Shown here piece by piece: positions 48,627-58,073 of a DNA stretch of 64,000 nucleotides (position 1 is the stretch's first letter; each line of letters starts with the position of its first letter). The DNA lies in assembly GCA_963816145.1 (NCBI GenBank), contig CAWFJP010000001.1, positions 96,001-160,000 of the forward strand, given 5' to 3'. A model generated the notes under the pieces. That model was not told where the DNA came from and did not search any database. It worked only from the letters and a program-made list of their open reading frames with translations. The position numbers and the translations under genes are program-made. The stretch comes from an uncultured delta proteobacterium (GTDB lineage Bacteria; Desulfobacterota; Binatia; UBA9968).

Positions 48627-49781
48627 TTGATTTCCAGCTTCGACCCTGACACAAACAGAGCGGTGACCTCAGCGCCGAGCAAAAACGACCCGATACTCAA
48701 GATCCAAGACGGTCTGTGCTACGTCACCTTGGCCTACGACGCAGCGCGCTCGATCGATCTCAATAAGGCGGCGGCGCGCGTCCGTGAAGCGACGCAGCGC
48801 TCGACGCTGCGCCACAAGCGGCCCGCCCCCAGTTATTTTGAGTATCAGCCGGCGCCTTTGCGTCTGACACAGGACACCGAAGCCATCACGATCGGCAGCT
48901 TTCGCACGCGCCCGAGCGTCGACCTCCAGTTCTACGATTTCGGCGCTGTCGCGGTAACCTATGCCGTCGATATCGCCGGGCTGTTTGCCGAACTGTTGAC
49001 CCTCAGTGAAGCACTCTATGACAATGAGCCCTTGCTCGCCGACTCAGGCCTACGGGTCGGCCAGCTATTGGCCGTCATCGGCGACGCAGCGGTGCAAGCC
49101 CATCCCTCGCCGGTGGTCGAAGATTACATCGTCTTTCATATCGCGTCCTTTGCCGAAGCCATCGACGTCAACCGCTTTGACGCCGAGCACGGACAGGAAA
49201 TCGCAAAAATTCTGCGCGCCGAGCGCCGCCCGTTATCGGAGCAAGAGGTGTCGGACGCTTTCACCGCGCGCATTTCTTACGGATTGGAAGACTTGACCAT
49301 CGTCGATTGGAACGCCGCCCTGCTCATCGACCGGGACGGTGACGACATTCGAGCGGTTCTCGAGTATGCCAATGTCGAGTTATTGGAAATGCGCTATCTC
49401 GATCAGAAACTCGACCGTGCCCTGGATCAAGCCTACGACACGCTTTCAAAACGCACGTTCAGCCTGCCGCGGCTATTGGGTTACTACGGCGCCGATCTAC
49501 GCACCGTCGCCGAGCTGCAGGTCGACAACGCGGTCCTCTTCGAAGGCGTCAACAACACGCTCAAACTCTTGGGCGATCAATATCTCGCCCGCGTCTATCG
49601 TCTGATCAACCGGCGCTTTCACCTGGACGAATGGGACGCCAGCATCCTGCGAAAATTGCAGACGCTGGAGAGCATTTACGAAAAGATTTCCGATCAAGCC
49701 TCCAACCGGCGCATGGAAATATTGGAGTGGGTGATCGTCCTGCTGATCGCGTTTTCCATCGCCATAGAATTCATCCGCTAA
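48627..49781 (+). CDS. Conserved hypothetical protein (RMD1/DUF155-like) with a C-terminal TM helix
   Basis: YDFGAV, EYANVELLEMRYLD, terminal MEILEWVIVLLIAF. Confidence 0.7.
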   Translation: MISSFDPDTNRAVTSAPSKNDPILKIQDGLCYVTLAYDAARSIDLNKAAARVREATQRSTLRHKRPAPSYFEYQPAPLRLTQDTEAITIGSFRTRPSVDLQFYDFGAVAVTYAVDIAGLFAELLTLSEALYDNEPLLADSGLRVGQLLAVIGDAAVQAHPSPVVEDYIVFHIASFAEAIDVNRFDAEHGQEIAKILRAERRPLSEQEVSDAFTARISYGLEDLTIVDWNAALLIDRDGDDIRAVLEYANVELLEMRYLDQKLDRALDQAYDTLSKRTFSLPRLLGYYGADLRTVAELQVDNAVLFEGVNNTLKLLGDQYLARVYRLINRRFHLDEWDASILRKLQTLESIYEKISDQASNRRMEILEWVIVLLIAFSIAIEFIR

Positions 49782-49824
49782 CCAGTTTATGCGGAACGGT
49801 GAAAATCGATGAGAACGCTCGATC

Positions 49825-49905
49825 TCACCACGAAGGACACGAAGAGCACGAAGCTCGGAAAATAATTCCACGAAACCTTCGTGTCCTTCGTGATCTTCGT
49901 GGTGA
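49825..49905. repeat. Inverted pair of CACGAAG-based 9-mer arrays between convergent genes
   Basis: TCACCACGAAGGACACGAAGAGCACGAAG ... CTTCGTGTCCTTCGTGATCTTCGTGGTGA. Confidence 0.75.
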
Positions 49906-49939
49906 AAATCATCTTATCGTCTTGGCTGCGGGCCAGCCG

Positions 49940-50812
49940 CTAATTCGTCTTCGCCGGCACCGCGAGCACTGGGCAATGCGCCGCGCGCAGTACCCGCTCG
50001 GTGGTGCTGCCGCGCAACGCATCGAGAAAGTCGCGATGTCCCTCGGTGGTAAACACCATCAGGTCCGGCTCCCACAGCGCGGCTTCTCTTTCAATCACCT
50101 CCACCGCATCGCCATTCACCAGCCGCTCTTTCCATCGGTAGCCGGGGTTATGCGGCAAGAATAATGTCGGCATGCCTTGGCCGGGGCCGACATGGAGCAA
50201 CTTGAACTCGACGTCACGGCAGCCCAAACCTTCGGCAAGAAAAAATGCCTCTTCCACGGCGGCCTGGCCATCGGGTACGTGATCCACCGGGATAAGCACC
50301 TTTTCGAGCTTCACGGCGCCGTCGGCCGGCGCGATAAAACCCTTGCCATGGCTGGGCACGAATAGGGTCATGGCACGGGACCGACGCGCCAGCGGCTCGG
50401 CCACCGCGCGATGCAGCCAGCGGCTCAATCCTTCCCGTTGGTGGGTCGCCAAAACTAATAAATCGGGCGGGTGGTCTTCGCAGTAATGCACCATCGACTC
50501 CAACGGGTCATGCTCCGAGTTGAGAATCTTGCGCGCCCGCAATCCGGTTTTTTCCACGTCTTCGCGGGTTGCGCTCGGCGGCACAACCTGCCAACGCGCC
50601 AGCGTGGCGCGCACGCCGGGAAAGTCCGTCCAATGGACATCTTTTTCGTTGCCGAGTTTGTGTCCCTGGACATGGACGATTTCCAGCTCGGCGTGGGAAA
50701 GCAAGGCAATTTTTAGCGCGTGAGCGAAAGCGATCTGGCTCAAGCGCGAAAAATCAGATGGATGAACGATGCGAAACAGCGGCTCTCCCGCCGCGGCGTT
50801 GGCGACACTCAT
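49940..50812 (-). CDS. Tandem universal stress protein
   Basis: HPSDFS, LIPVDH, RGSTTERVLRAAHCPVLAV. Confidence 0.9.
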   Translation of the reverse strand: MSVANAAAGEPLFRIVHPSDFSRLSQIAFAHALKIALLSHAELEIVHVQGHKLGNEKDVHWTDFPGVRATLARWQVVPPSATREDVEKTGLRARKILNSEHDPLESMVHYCEDHPPDLLVLATHQREGLSRWLHRAVAEPLARRSRAMTLFVPSHGKGFIAPADGAVKLEKVLIPVDHVPDGQAAVEEAFFLAEGLGCRDVEFKLLHVGPGQGMPTLFLPHNPGYRWKERLVNGDAVEVIEREAALWEPDLMVFTTEGHRDFLDALRGSTTERVLRAAHCPVLAVPAKTN

Positions 50813-50822
50813 GGCACCTCCG

Positions 50823-51338
50823 TTAGGCTGCGGCCTCCTCGACGCCGTGCACGCTCTTGGGTTTGACCGTCAAAACTGGACAACGCGCGTGACGCACGAC
50901 TTTCTCGGCGACGTTGCCAATCACCAGCCGTTTGATGCCGGTGCGCCCGTGGGTCGCCAAGACGATAAGATCGGTCAGGAAATCCTCGCTGGCGTCGAGA
51001 ATATTTTCGAAGGGATCGCCCTGGCGGATATGATAGTGCACTTTGGCCACGCCGAGCACGGCGTCATGGCAAAACTGTTTGAGGAGAATTTCGGCATGCT
51101 CTTCGGTGGCGCGGACGATCTTGGCGCGCCGGGCCGGCTCCGCGGCGTAGGCATCGATCATCGCCGGATCGCTTTCGGTGATCGACGACATATAAAGCTC
51201 GTCGAAAGGATTGTGAATGACATGGAGAATGTCCAGCACCGCGCCGCCGCTTTTGGCAAGCGGCACGGCCAACCGCAGCGCCTCCATTGAGAACCCCGAC
51301 AAATCTACCGGGCAAAGTATCCGCTTGAATTCACTCAT
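50823..51338 (-). CDS. Universal stress protein
   Basis: ILCPVDLS, THGRTG..IGNVAEKVVRHARCPVLTV. Confidence 0.93.
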   Translation of the reverse strand: MSEFKRILCPVDLSGFSMEALRLAVPLAKSGGAVLDILHVIHNPFDELYMSSITESDPAMIDAYAAEPARRAKIVRATEEHAEILLKQFCHDAVLGVAKVHYHIRQGDPFENILDASEDFLTDLIVLATHGRTGIKRLVIGNVAEKVVRHARCPVLTVKPKSVHGVEEAAA

Positions 51339-51412
51339 CACAATCCTCCTTTGCTGCGTTCAGCGCCTTTAGCAATCTTGCCAATTCTCCTGGTTTCGAT
51401 TCCGACAAATAG

Positions 51413-51426
51413 GCAAAGCCCGTGCC
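51413..51426 (-). promoter_or_regulatory. sigma-54 -24/-12 promoter (usp pair)
   Basis: Minus strand GGCACGGGCTTTGC. Confidence 0.75.
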
Positions 51427-51606
51427 CGAAAGGGGCAGCCCTGCTCGCTCGCCAAGATTGCCGTTAGCGAATAATTCCCGCGCTTTCCCGACGCCATCAA
51501 AACGACCCTTATCAGAGTTGCGAATTAGCGCCGCTCGGCCATGTTAAATTTGCAAAAAAATATTCGCCAATGGCAAATCTCGCAGATGATTCCGGCTGCG
51601 ACCGGC

Positions 51607-51620
51607 GGCACGACAATTGC
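51607..51620 (+). promoter_or_regulatory. sigma-54 -24/-12 promoter (nucleotidyltransferase 3)
   Basis: GGCACGACAATTGC. Confidence 0.75.
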
Positions 51621-51700
51621 GCCTCATTCTTTCAAAGCTACAAGAGTTTCGCAATAACGTTATCCCCAGACGATCGACGTGAATCGTACAGGAGATTTTT

Positions 51701-52882
51701 ATGTTCATGGCGCGGTCCCGCGCCGCTCGCGCATCCTCCCTCTGGGGTTTGGTCTTAGCCGGCGGCGATGGCCGGCGCCTGCAGAGTTATATTCGCCAGA
51801 CCCGTGGCACCGACCTACCCAAACAATTTGTCACTTTCACTGGCGAACTTTCGATGCTCGAACAGACTTACCGCCGGGCCGAGCACCTGATCCGCCCGGA
51901 GCACATCCTGACGATCGTCGGCAAACACCACTTGCAGCATGGCGAAGTGAAGCGCCAACTGGCCGAGCGCGACGTGGAGACCATCATCGTGCAACCGCAG
52001 AACAAGGAGACCGGCCCCGGCGTGCTTTTGCCGCTCCTGCATCTTTACAAACGCGACCCCCACGCCATTGTCGCGCTGTTTCCGTCCGATCATTTCATTG
52101 TCCCGGAAAAGAGCTTCATGGAGCATGTCGCGCTCGCCGCCCAGGCGGTCGCCCACAACTCGGCGCAAATCGTCATCCTCGCCATCGAACCCAATGCTCC
52201 GGAGGTCGAGTACGGCTACATCCTGCCGCGCTTGGCTGAAGGGCAAATCCCCCTCTGGGGGACGCACCAAATGGCGAGCTTCATTGAGAAACCCGATCGC
52301 CAACTGGCCCAAGAACTCGTGACCGTCGGCGGCCTGTGGAACACCATGATCATGGTTTTCAAAGTCCGCACCGTACTGCGGATGATGCGTCGCTTGTGCC
52401 CGGCCACCTATTATCCATTCGCCGACATCTTTGACAGCATCGGCACGCCGATGGAAGCGCCGGCGATCGAAGCACTTTACGATAACCTCAAGCCGTTAAA
52501 TTTTTCTCGGGACTTTCTGGAAAAGGTGAGCCGCGCGACTCCCGCCGCCATCGCGGTCCTGCCGGTGCTGGGAGTTTATTGGAGCGATTGGGGCTCGCCG
52601 GAGCGCATACTGGAAACCCTCGAGCACCTCGAGCAAGGGCGTGGCCTGGAGAGCGCTGGCAAATTGAGCGATACGACAGGATCCCGCCCCCCAACCGAGC
52701 AGCTCCACCTGGCCGATCGAACTGCGCTAACAAGCAAAAACGCGGCGGTCATGAAGCGTAAACTTCACTACCGCCGCGCACGCCGCATGACCGACGCTAG
52801 CGCAGTCTATGCGGCAAACTTGCTGCGCTCGCCAACCAGACGCGCCACCTGCGGCTTTACCAGGGTTGCGAAGTCTTTGTAG
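51701..52882 (+). CDS. Mannose-1-phosphate guanylyltransferase-like nucleotidyltransferase (paralog 3)
   Basis: LAGGDGRRL, PKQF, NKETGPG, FPSDH, FIEKP, WSDWG. Confidence 0.87.
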   Translation: MFMARSRAARASSLWGLVLAGGDGRRLQSYIRQTRGTDLPKQFVTFTGELSMLEQTYRRAEHLIRPEHILTIVGKHHLQHGEVKRQLAERDVETIIVQPQNKETGPGVLLPLLHLYKRDPHAIVALFPSDHFIVPEKSFMEHVALAAQAVAHNSAQIVILAIEPNAPEVEYGYILPRLAEGQIPLWGTHQMASFIEKPDRQLAQELVTVGGLWNTMIMVFKVRTVLRMMRRLCPATYYPFADIFDSIGTPMEAPAIEALYDNLKPLNFSRDFLEKVSRATPAAIAVLPVLGVYWSDWGSPERILETLEHLEQGRGLESAGKLSDTTGSRPPTEQLHLADRTALTSKNAAVMKRKLHYRRARRMTDASAVYAANLLRSPTRRATCGFTRVAKSL

Positions 52883-53292
52883 CGCACACACACGGTCTGC
52901 ACATGATTGCCGGCGTTGAAATAAATATGTTCGTCCTTGGCCAATGCCGGATCGACATAGACCTTTAGACCAAACAAATTACCGAATGGCGGCATCGCGC
53001 CGACCTCGCATTCCGGAAAGCGCGAGATGAACTCTTCTTCGGTCGCCAACCGGGCATGTCTCACATTGAGGCTATCCTCGACCATGTGGAGATCGATTTT
53101 ATCGTTGCCTCGCACCACCCCCATCACCAACTGCTCGTCGGCTTCGATCATGACCACCTTGGCCAGATCATTGCCCGAGACATGCTGCCTGGCGGCAATT
53201 TCCTGCGCGGTATAGGCCAACGCATGAGTGTAGATTTCGTAGGGAACCTTGGCTTCATCGAGCATCACTTTTAGTTTTTTGAGGATCGCCAT
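52807..53292 (-). CDS. YbaK/EbsC aminoacyl-tRNA deacylase family protein
   Basis: AYTAQEIA, LAKVV, CEVGAMPPFG, FNAGNH. Confidence 0.9.
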   Translation of the reverse strand: MAILKKLKVMLDEAKVPYEIYTHALAYTAQEIAARQHVSGNDLAKVVMIEADEQLVMGVVRGNDKIDLHMVEDSLNVRHARLATEEEFISRFPECEVGAMPPFGNLFGLKVYVDPALAKDEHIYFNAGNHVQTVCVRYKDFATLVKPQVARLVGERSKFAA

Positions 53293-53353
53293 GGCCAACT
53301 CCTTTCGTCAAAAAAACTTTCTCGTCAAAATCGCAGACTCAATCACAAGAAGC

Positions 53354-53367
53354 GCAAGAATCATGCC
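53354..53367 (-). promoter_or_regulatory. sigma-54 -24/-12 promoter (ybaK-like gene)
   Basis: Minus strand GGCATGATTCTTGC. Confidence 0.72.
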
Positions 53368-53519
53368 CCGCCATCATGTTTGCCGACTCGCGAGAAATCT
53401 GTTGATTCCCGCCGGATGACGGCTACTCTATACCTGTCATTTCGAGCAAAGCGAGAAATCTATTCGACGCATTTCCACAGGACCAGTACAATTAGCCACG
53501 CTCAATGCTTGGCTTGGGG

Positions 53520-53537
53520 TGGCGAGTATTATCGCCA
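53520..53537. promoter_or_regulatory. Candidate enhancer (UAS) palindrome
   Basis: TGGCGA-GTATTA-TCGCCA between two divergent sigma-54 promoters. Confidence 0.45.
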
Positions 53538-53654
53538 TTGACAAGCAGGCGGGAATAAATTCTCAGCCCTGCGAAGTGCTGGCCGCGGCCATCGATTGAA
53601 GGATTATTTGCCTGGTAAATCAATTGGTTTTCTGCCGACGAAACAGCCGCAGCT

Positions 53655-53668
53655 GGCACATCTCTTGC
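53655..53668 (+). promoter_or_regulatory. sigma-54 -24/-12 promoter (hpf-usp)
   Basis: (CT)GGCACATCTCTTGC. Confidence 0.8.
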
Positions 53669-53735
53669 CGTTTTTTAGCAGCGGGGTAAAAAGAAGTGTT
53701 CGCCTGAAGTAATCACAACCGGAGGACAAGAAATT

Positions 53736-54359
53736 ATGAAGATTCCCTTGCAGATCACCTATCGCCACATGGAGGCAACCCCGGCCATCGAAGAGAATAT
53801 CCGCGAGAAGGCCGCGAAACTCGACACGATCTACGACGGGATTATGAGTTGCCGGGTGGCCGTTGAAGCGCCGCACCGCCACCATCACAAAGGCAAAGCC
53901 TATGTGGTGCGTATCGATCTAACCGTTCCCGGCGGCGAACTGGTTATCAATCGCGAACCGAAACGTTTAGTGCCGAAAAAAGCGCTGGGCGGCGGCGAGC
54001 CTGAAAAAGACTTCGCCGAGTTACATGAACCCAGTAAACATGCCGCCCGTGAGGATCTCTATGTTGCCATCCGCGACGCCTTCAGCGCCGCGGGACGGAA
54101 GCTACAGGATCATGCCCGGCGTCGGCGCGGCAAAGTCAAAGTCCATGAGCCGCCGCCGGTCGCTCGGATCGCCAGCCTGTTTCCCATGGAAGATCATGGA
54201 TTCCTCCTGACCACAGACGGGCGAGAACTGTATTTTCACAAGAACAGCGTGCTGGCGCCCGGATTCGATCAGCTGGAGATCGGTCATGAGGTTCATTTCG
54301 CCGAAGAACTCGGCGAGAAGGGTCCGCAGGCGAGCACCGTGCGGCCGATTGGCCGATGA
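53736..54359 (+). CDS. HPF/RaiA ribosome-associated protein fused to a cold-shock domain
   Basis: LQITYRHME, VRIDLTVPG, DLYVAIRDAF; HGFL..DGRELYFHKNSV..GEKGPQA. Confidence 0.9.
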   Translation: MKIPLQITYRHMEATPAIEENIREKAAKLDTIYDGIMSCRVAVEAPHRHHHKGKAYVVRIDLTVPGGELVINREPKRLVPKKALGGGEPEKDFAELHEPSKHAAREDLYVAIRDAFSAAGRKLQDHARRRRGKVKVHEPPPVARIASLFPMEDHGFLLTTDGRELYFHKNSVLAPGFDQLEIGHEVHFAEELGEKGPQASTVRPIGR

Positions 54360-54383
54360 GAAGTACGGGATCGGGGGCAGCGC

Positions 54384-55193
54384 ATGTTCGATGAAGTGAT
54401 CGTCTGCCTTGACGGCTCATCGCTGGCGGAAAAAATCCTCCCCTTGGCGCGCGGCATCGCCGCCGCCAAGGGCGGCAAGCTGACCCTCCTGCGCGTGGTC
54501 GAGGATGTCGCCGAACTGGCAGCCGAAGAGGACTATTTGCGCGATTGCGCGCGCCAGTACGCGGCGCAGCTCAGCCTGTTGGTTGCCGCTGATGCCGGGT
54601 CCGCCATCGCCGCTCATCTGGCCAATCGTAGCCATGCGCTCGCCGCCCTCACCACGCACGGCCGAACCGCCTGGAGCGAAGCGATCTTGGGCAGCGTTGC
54701 GCTCCGAGTGATCCGCGAAGCGAAACGACCGGTACTGATTTTTTGTCCCATCGAAAAAGCCGCCGACGCAGCGAAGAAGATCGATAACATCGTGGTCGCC
54801 CTCGACGGCAGCGCGCTGTCGGAAAAGATCATTCCATACGCCGCCGACGCGGCCCGATCCCTGGGCGCCGGACTTTTGTTAGTCCAAGTGTTGCCGGCGC
54901 GGCCGCCAACGCCGGCAAATCTAGAAAAGGGCGATATCAACGAGGCCGCTTACCTCCACGCCAAAGCCGCAGCCATTAAGAAACGCTATGACTTGGCAGC
55001 GCAGTGGGAAGTGCTTCATGGCGATGTCGCCGATGCGATCTGCCAATATGTCAACACCCTGCCCAACACGTTGCTGGCGATGACCACCCACGCGCGCGCC
55101 GGCATCGAGCGCGCCATCCTCGGCAGCGTCGCCGCCGCCTGCGTGCGCCGCGCCAACGTGCCGCTGCTGCTCTATTGGCCCCAGGAAAAATAG
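54384..55193 (+). CDS. Tandem universal stress protein
   Basis: Two LDGSxLxEKI...THxR...LGSVA units. Confidence 0.9.
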   Translation: MFDEVIVCLDGSSLAEKILPLARGIAAAKGGKLTLLRVVEDVAELAAEEDYLRDCARQYAAQLSLLVAADAGSAIAAHLANRSHALAALTTHGRTAWSEAILGSVALRVIREAKRPVLIFCPIEKAADAAKKIDNIVVALDGSALSEKIIPYAADAARSLGAGLLLVQVLPARPPTPANLEKGDINEAAYLHAKAAAIKKRYDLAAQWEVLHGDVADAICQYVNTLPNTLLAMTTHARAGIERAILGSVAAACVRRANVPLLLYWPQEK

Positions 55194-55207
55194 CCACTAC
55201 AGATAGT

Positions 55208-55259
55208 GTCTCTGTCTCAACTCTCTATCTCTAACTCTCTCTATCTCTATCTCTATCTC
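55208..55259. repeat. Degenerate (CTCTAT)n hexamer tract
   Basis: gtctctgtctcaactctctatctctaactctctctatctctatctctatctc between convergent stop codons. Confidence 0.7.
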
Positions 55260-56638
55260 GATTCTTTCAACCCCCTAACCATCTCCGTCAAGGTCTTATT
55301 GGCATCGCCGAACAGCATCATGGTATTGGGCCGGACGAACAGTTCGTTTTCGATCTTGGCAAACCCAGGATTCATGGTGCGCTTGAGGACGATGACCGTG
55401 CGCGCCAACTCGGCGTCGAGCACCGGCATGCCGTAAATTGGACTGCTCGGGTCATGCTTGGCGGCCGGATTGACGACGTCATTGGCGCCCACCACCAGTG
55501 CAACATCGGTGTCGGCGAACTCTTCGTTGATCGCGTCGATATCATAAAGCCGATCATAGGGAACATTGGCTTCGGCGAGCAGCACATTCATATGGCCCGG
55601 CATCCGGCCCGCCACCGGGTGGATTGCGTATTTGACTGTGAGACCGCGCTGTTCCAAAAGTTCCGCCAGCTCGCGCAAAGCGTGCTGGCAGCGCGCCGCC
55701 GCCATGCCATAACCGGGAACGACAATCACCGATCTGGCGCTGGTCAAGGCGATCAAAGCATCGCCGATGGTCGCGCCCGATAGCGGCGCTGTCGCCGAGG
55801 CTCCGGCTTGCCCGCCGGCACCGCTTGCGCCGCCGAAACCGCCGAAAAGAATATTGGTGAACGAGCGGTTCATCGCCTTGCTCATCACCAGCGAAAGGAA
55901 AAAACCCGACGCGCCGTCGAGAGCGCCGCAGACGATCAGAATCGTATTGGACAAGGCGAAGCCGGTCGCCACGGCAGCCAGACCGGCGTAGGAGTTCAAC
56001 AGTGAGATCACCACCGGCATATCGGCGCCGCCGATGGGCACGACCAGGGAAACGCCCAGCAAAAATGCCACGCCGACCATGGTGTAAAAGACCCGTGGAT
56101 CGGCGGCATAAATCGTTAAATAGGCGATGGCAACGAGCGATGCCGCCACCAGCGCGAGGTTCAGGCCGTTCTGGAAACGGTGATTTAACGGCCTGTCGGC
56201 GAGCGCGCCTTGGAGCTTGCCGAAAGCGACCAGACTGCCGGTGAAGGTCACGGCGCCGAGCAGCACCTCGAAGCCAAGCGCAGCGATCTTCGCGGCGCCG
56301 AGGGCCGCGCCATGGCGCCCATACTCGGCGATGCCGACCAACGCCGCAGCCAGGCCGCCGAACGCATGCGACAGTGCGATCCGCTCCGGCATCTTGGCCA
56401 TCGGGATCACCACCGCCATGGTAATGCCGATCACCGAGCCGACGACAACGCCGGCGACGATCCAATCGTAGCGCAGCAGATGCTTGCCGACTAAAGTGCC
56501 AGCCACCGCGGTCGCCATCGCCAAGGCGGCGAGTTGCACACCGCGCCGGCCGCTCTCCGGCGCGCGCAGCTGATGCAAACCTAGAACAAACAGCAGTGCG
56601 GCAATGAGATAAGCTAGTTCTGTGAAAGATGTCGTCAC
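55253..56638 (-). CDS. pntB: NAD(P) transhydrogenase beta subunit
   Basis: GGADMPVVISLLNSY, PGYGMA, HPVAGRMPGHMNVLLAEA, GANDVVNP. Confidence 0.96.
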   Translation of the reverse strand: MTTSFTELAYLIAALLFVLGLHQLRAPESGRRGVQLAALAMATAVAGTLVGKHLLRYDWIVAGVVVGSVIGITMAVVIPMAKMPERIALSHAFGGLAAALVGIAEYGRHGAALGAAKIAALGFEVLLGAVTFTGSLVAFGKLQGALADRPLNHRFQNGLNLALVAASLVAIAYLTIYAADPRVFYTMVGVAFLLGVSLVVPIGGADMPVVISLLNSYAGLAAVATGFALSNTILIVCGALDGASGFFLSLVMSKAMNRSFTNILFGGFGGASGAGGQAGASATAPLSGATIGDALIALTSARSVIVVPGYGMAAARCQHALRELAELLEQRGLTVKYAIHPVAGRMPGHMNVLLAEANVPYDRLYDIDAINEEFADTDVALVVGANDVVNPAAKHDPSSPIYGMPVLDAELARTVIVLKRTMNPGFAKIENELFVRPNTMMLFGDANKTLTEMVRGLKESR

Positions 56639-56928
56639 GAACGCGGCTCACTATGTTTTTTAAACATCTTGAGCATGCGGTCGGTGATCAAGAAGCCGCC
56701 GACGACATTGATGGTCGCGCAGGTAACCGCCACCACCCCCAACAGCGAGCTCGACAGATCGTAATCGGCGCCGGCGAGCACCAGCGAACCGACCAGCGAA
56801 ATACCGGAGATCGCATTGGTCGCCGACATCAGCGGCGTATGCAAGAGCGGCGGCACACCGGAGATCACCAGATAACCGACGAACGCGGCGAAGAAAAAAA
56901 TGTAGAGCCAGAAAATCCACTCGGCCAT
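56635..56928 (-). CDS. pntAB: NAD(P) transhydrogenase alpha subunit part 2
   Basis: LHTPLMSATNAISG, NVVGGFLITDRML. Confidence 0.95.
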   Translation of the reverse strand: MAEWIFWLYIFFFAAFVGYLVISGVPPLLHTPLMSATNAISGISLVGSLVLAGADYDLSSSLLGVVAVTCATINVVGGFLITDRMLKMFKKHSEPRS

Positions 56929-56933
56929 GAGCC

Positions 56934-58073
56934 TTATCCTTTGAGTGAAGCCAGCGCTTGGCGCAACTCGACGCCGAGCACTTCGCCGTCATGAGTCACC
57001 ACGCAGCGCCGGGTGATTTCATCGTCAAAGTCCAAGCGCAGCAGACCATCGCGCAGGACATGAGCCAAAAATTTTTCCATGTTGCGCGAATACATCCGGC
57101 TGGCATCCTGGGCGACCTCGGCGGCGAGATTCAGCCGGCCGACGATCGTCACGGCGCGCCAGACGAAATCTTCGCCGGCCTTGGTCAACTCGCAGTTGCC
57201 GCCCTGTGCGGCAGCGAGATCGACCAGCACCGAGCCGGGACGCATGCACTCGAGCATCTCCCGAGTGATCAGTATCGGCGCGCGCTGGTGCGGCACCAAC
57301 GCGGTGGTAATGCAGACATCGGCATTGGCCAAAGGCGAGCGGATGGCGTTGCGCGCCCGTTCCAGCGCTGCTTCGGTCAATTGATCGGCATAACCGTCGG
57401 CGCTCTCGGCGCTTTGTTCGACCCAAGGTTCAATATACTTGGCGCCCAAGCTTTCGACCTGCTCGCGCACCGTGCGGCGGACGTCGAAGGCTTCGACCAG
57501 CGCGCCCAAACGGCGCGCCGTGGCGATCGCTTGCAAACCGGCGACGCCGGCGCCCAAGACCAACACTCGTGCCGGGGCGAAGGTCCCGGCGGGCGTCATC
57601 AGCATGGGGAAAAACTTGGCGAGCAGATTGGCCGCGACGATTACCGCGCGATAACCGGCCGCGCTGCTCTGCGAACTCAAGACATCCATCGACTGCGCGA
57701 CCGTCGTGCGCGGCAGATTTTCCAGCGCCAGGGTGGTCACGCCGCGCGCGGCCAGGCGCAGCGTCGCGTCAACATGAGCACGCGGATAAAGCAGACAAAC
57801 CAAGGCCGCGCCCCGGCGCAGCGCTTCGACTTCGAGCAGGGTCGGTGGGTTTATTTTGACCACCAGATCGGCGTGCTCGAGCAGCTTTTCGGGCGCAGCT
57901 TCGAGCCGCGCTCCCGCCCGCGCATAGTCGTCGTCACTGAACCAAGCGGCTTGGCCCGCGCCGCTCGCGACCGCAACCTCGATTTTGTCGGCAATCAGCC
58001 GACGCACCCCCTCCGGCACCAACCCCACCCGACGCTCGCCAGGGAAAGTTTCCCTGGCCACGCCAACAATCAC
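56934..58073 (-). CDS. pntAA: NAD(P) transhydrogenase alpha subunit part 1
   Basis: GERRV, QSMDVLSSQ, GAGVAGLQAIATARRLGA, GGNCE. Confidence 0.95.
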   Translation of the reverse strand: MIVGVARETFPGERRVGLVPEGVRRLIADKIEVAVASGAGQAAWFSDDDYARAGARLEAAPEKLLEHADLVVKINPPTLLEVEALRRGAALVCLLYPRAHVDATLRLAARGVTTLALENLPRTTVAQSMDVLSSQSSAAGYRAVIVAANLLAKFFPMLMTPAGTFAPARVLVLGAGVAGLQAIATARRLGALVEAFDVRRTVREQVESLGAKYIEPWVEQSAESADGYADQLTEAALERARNAIRSPLANADVCITTALVPHQRAPILITREMLECMRPGSVLVDLAAAQGGNCELTKAGEDFVWRAVTIVGRLNLAAEVAQDASRMYSRNMEKFLAHVLRDGLLRLDFDDEITRRCVVTHDGEVLGVELRQALASLKG

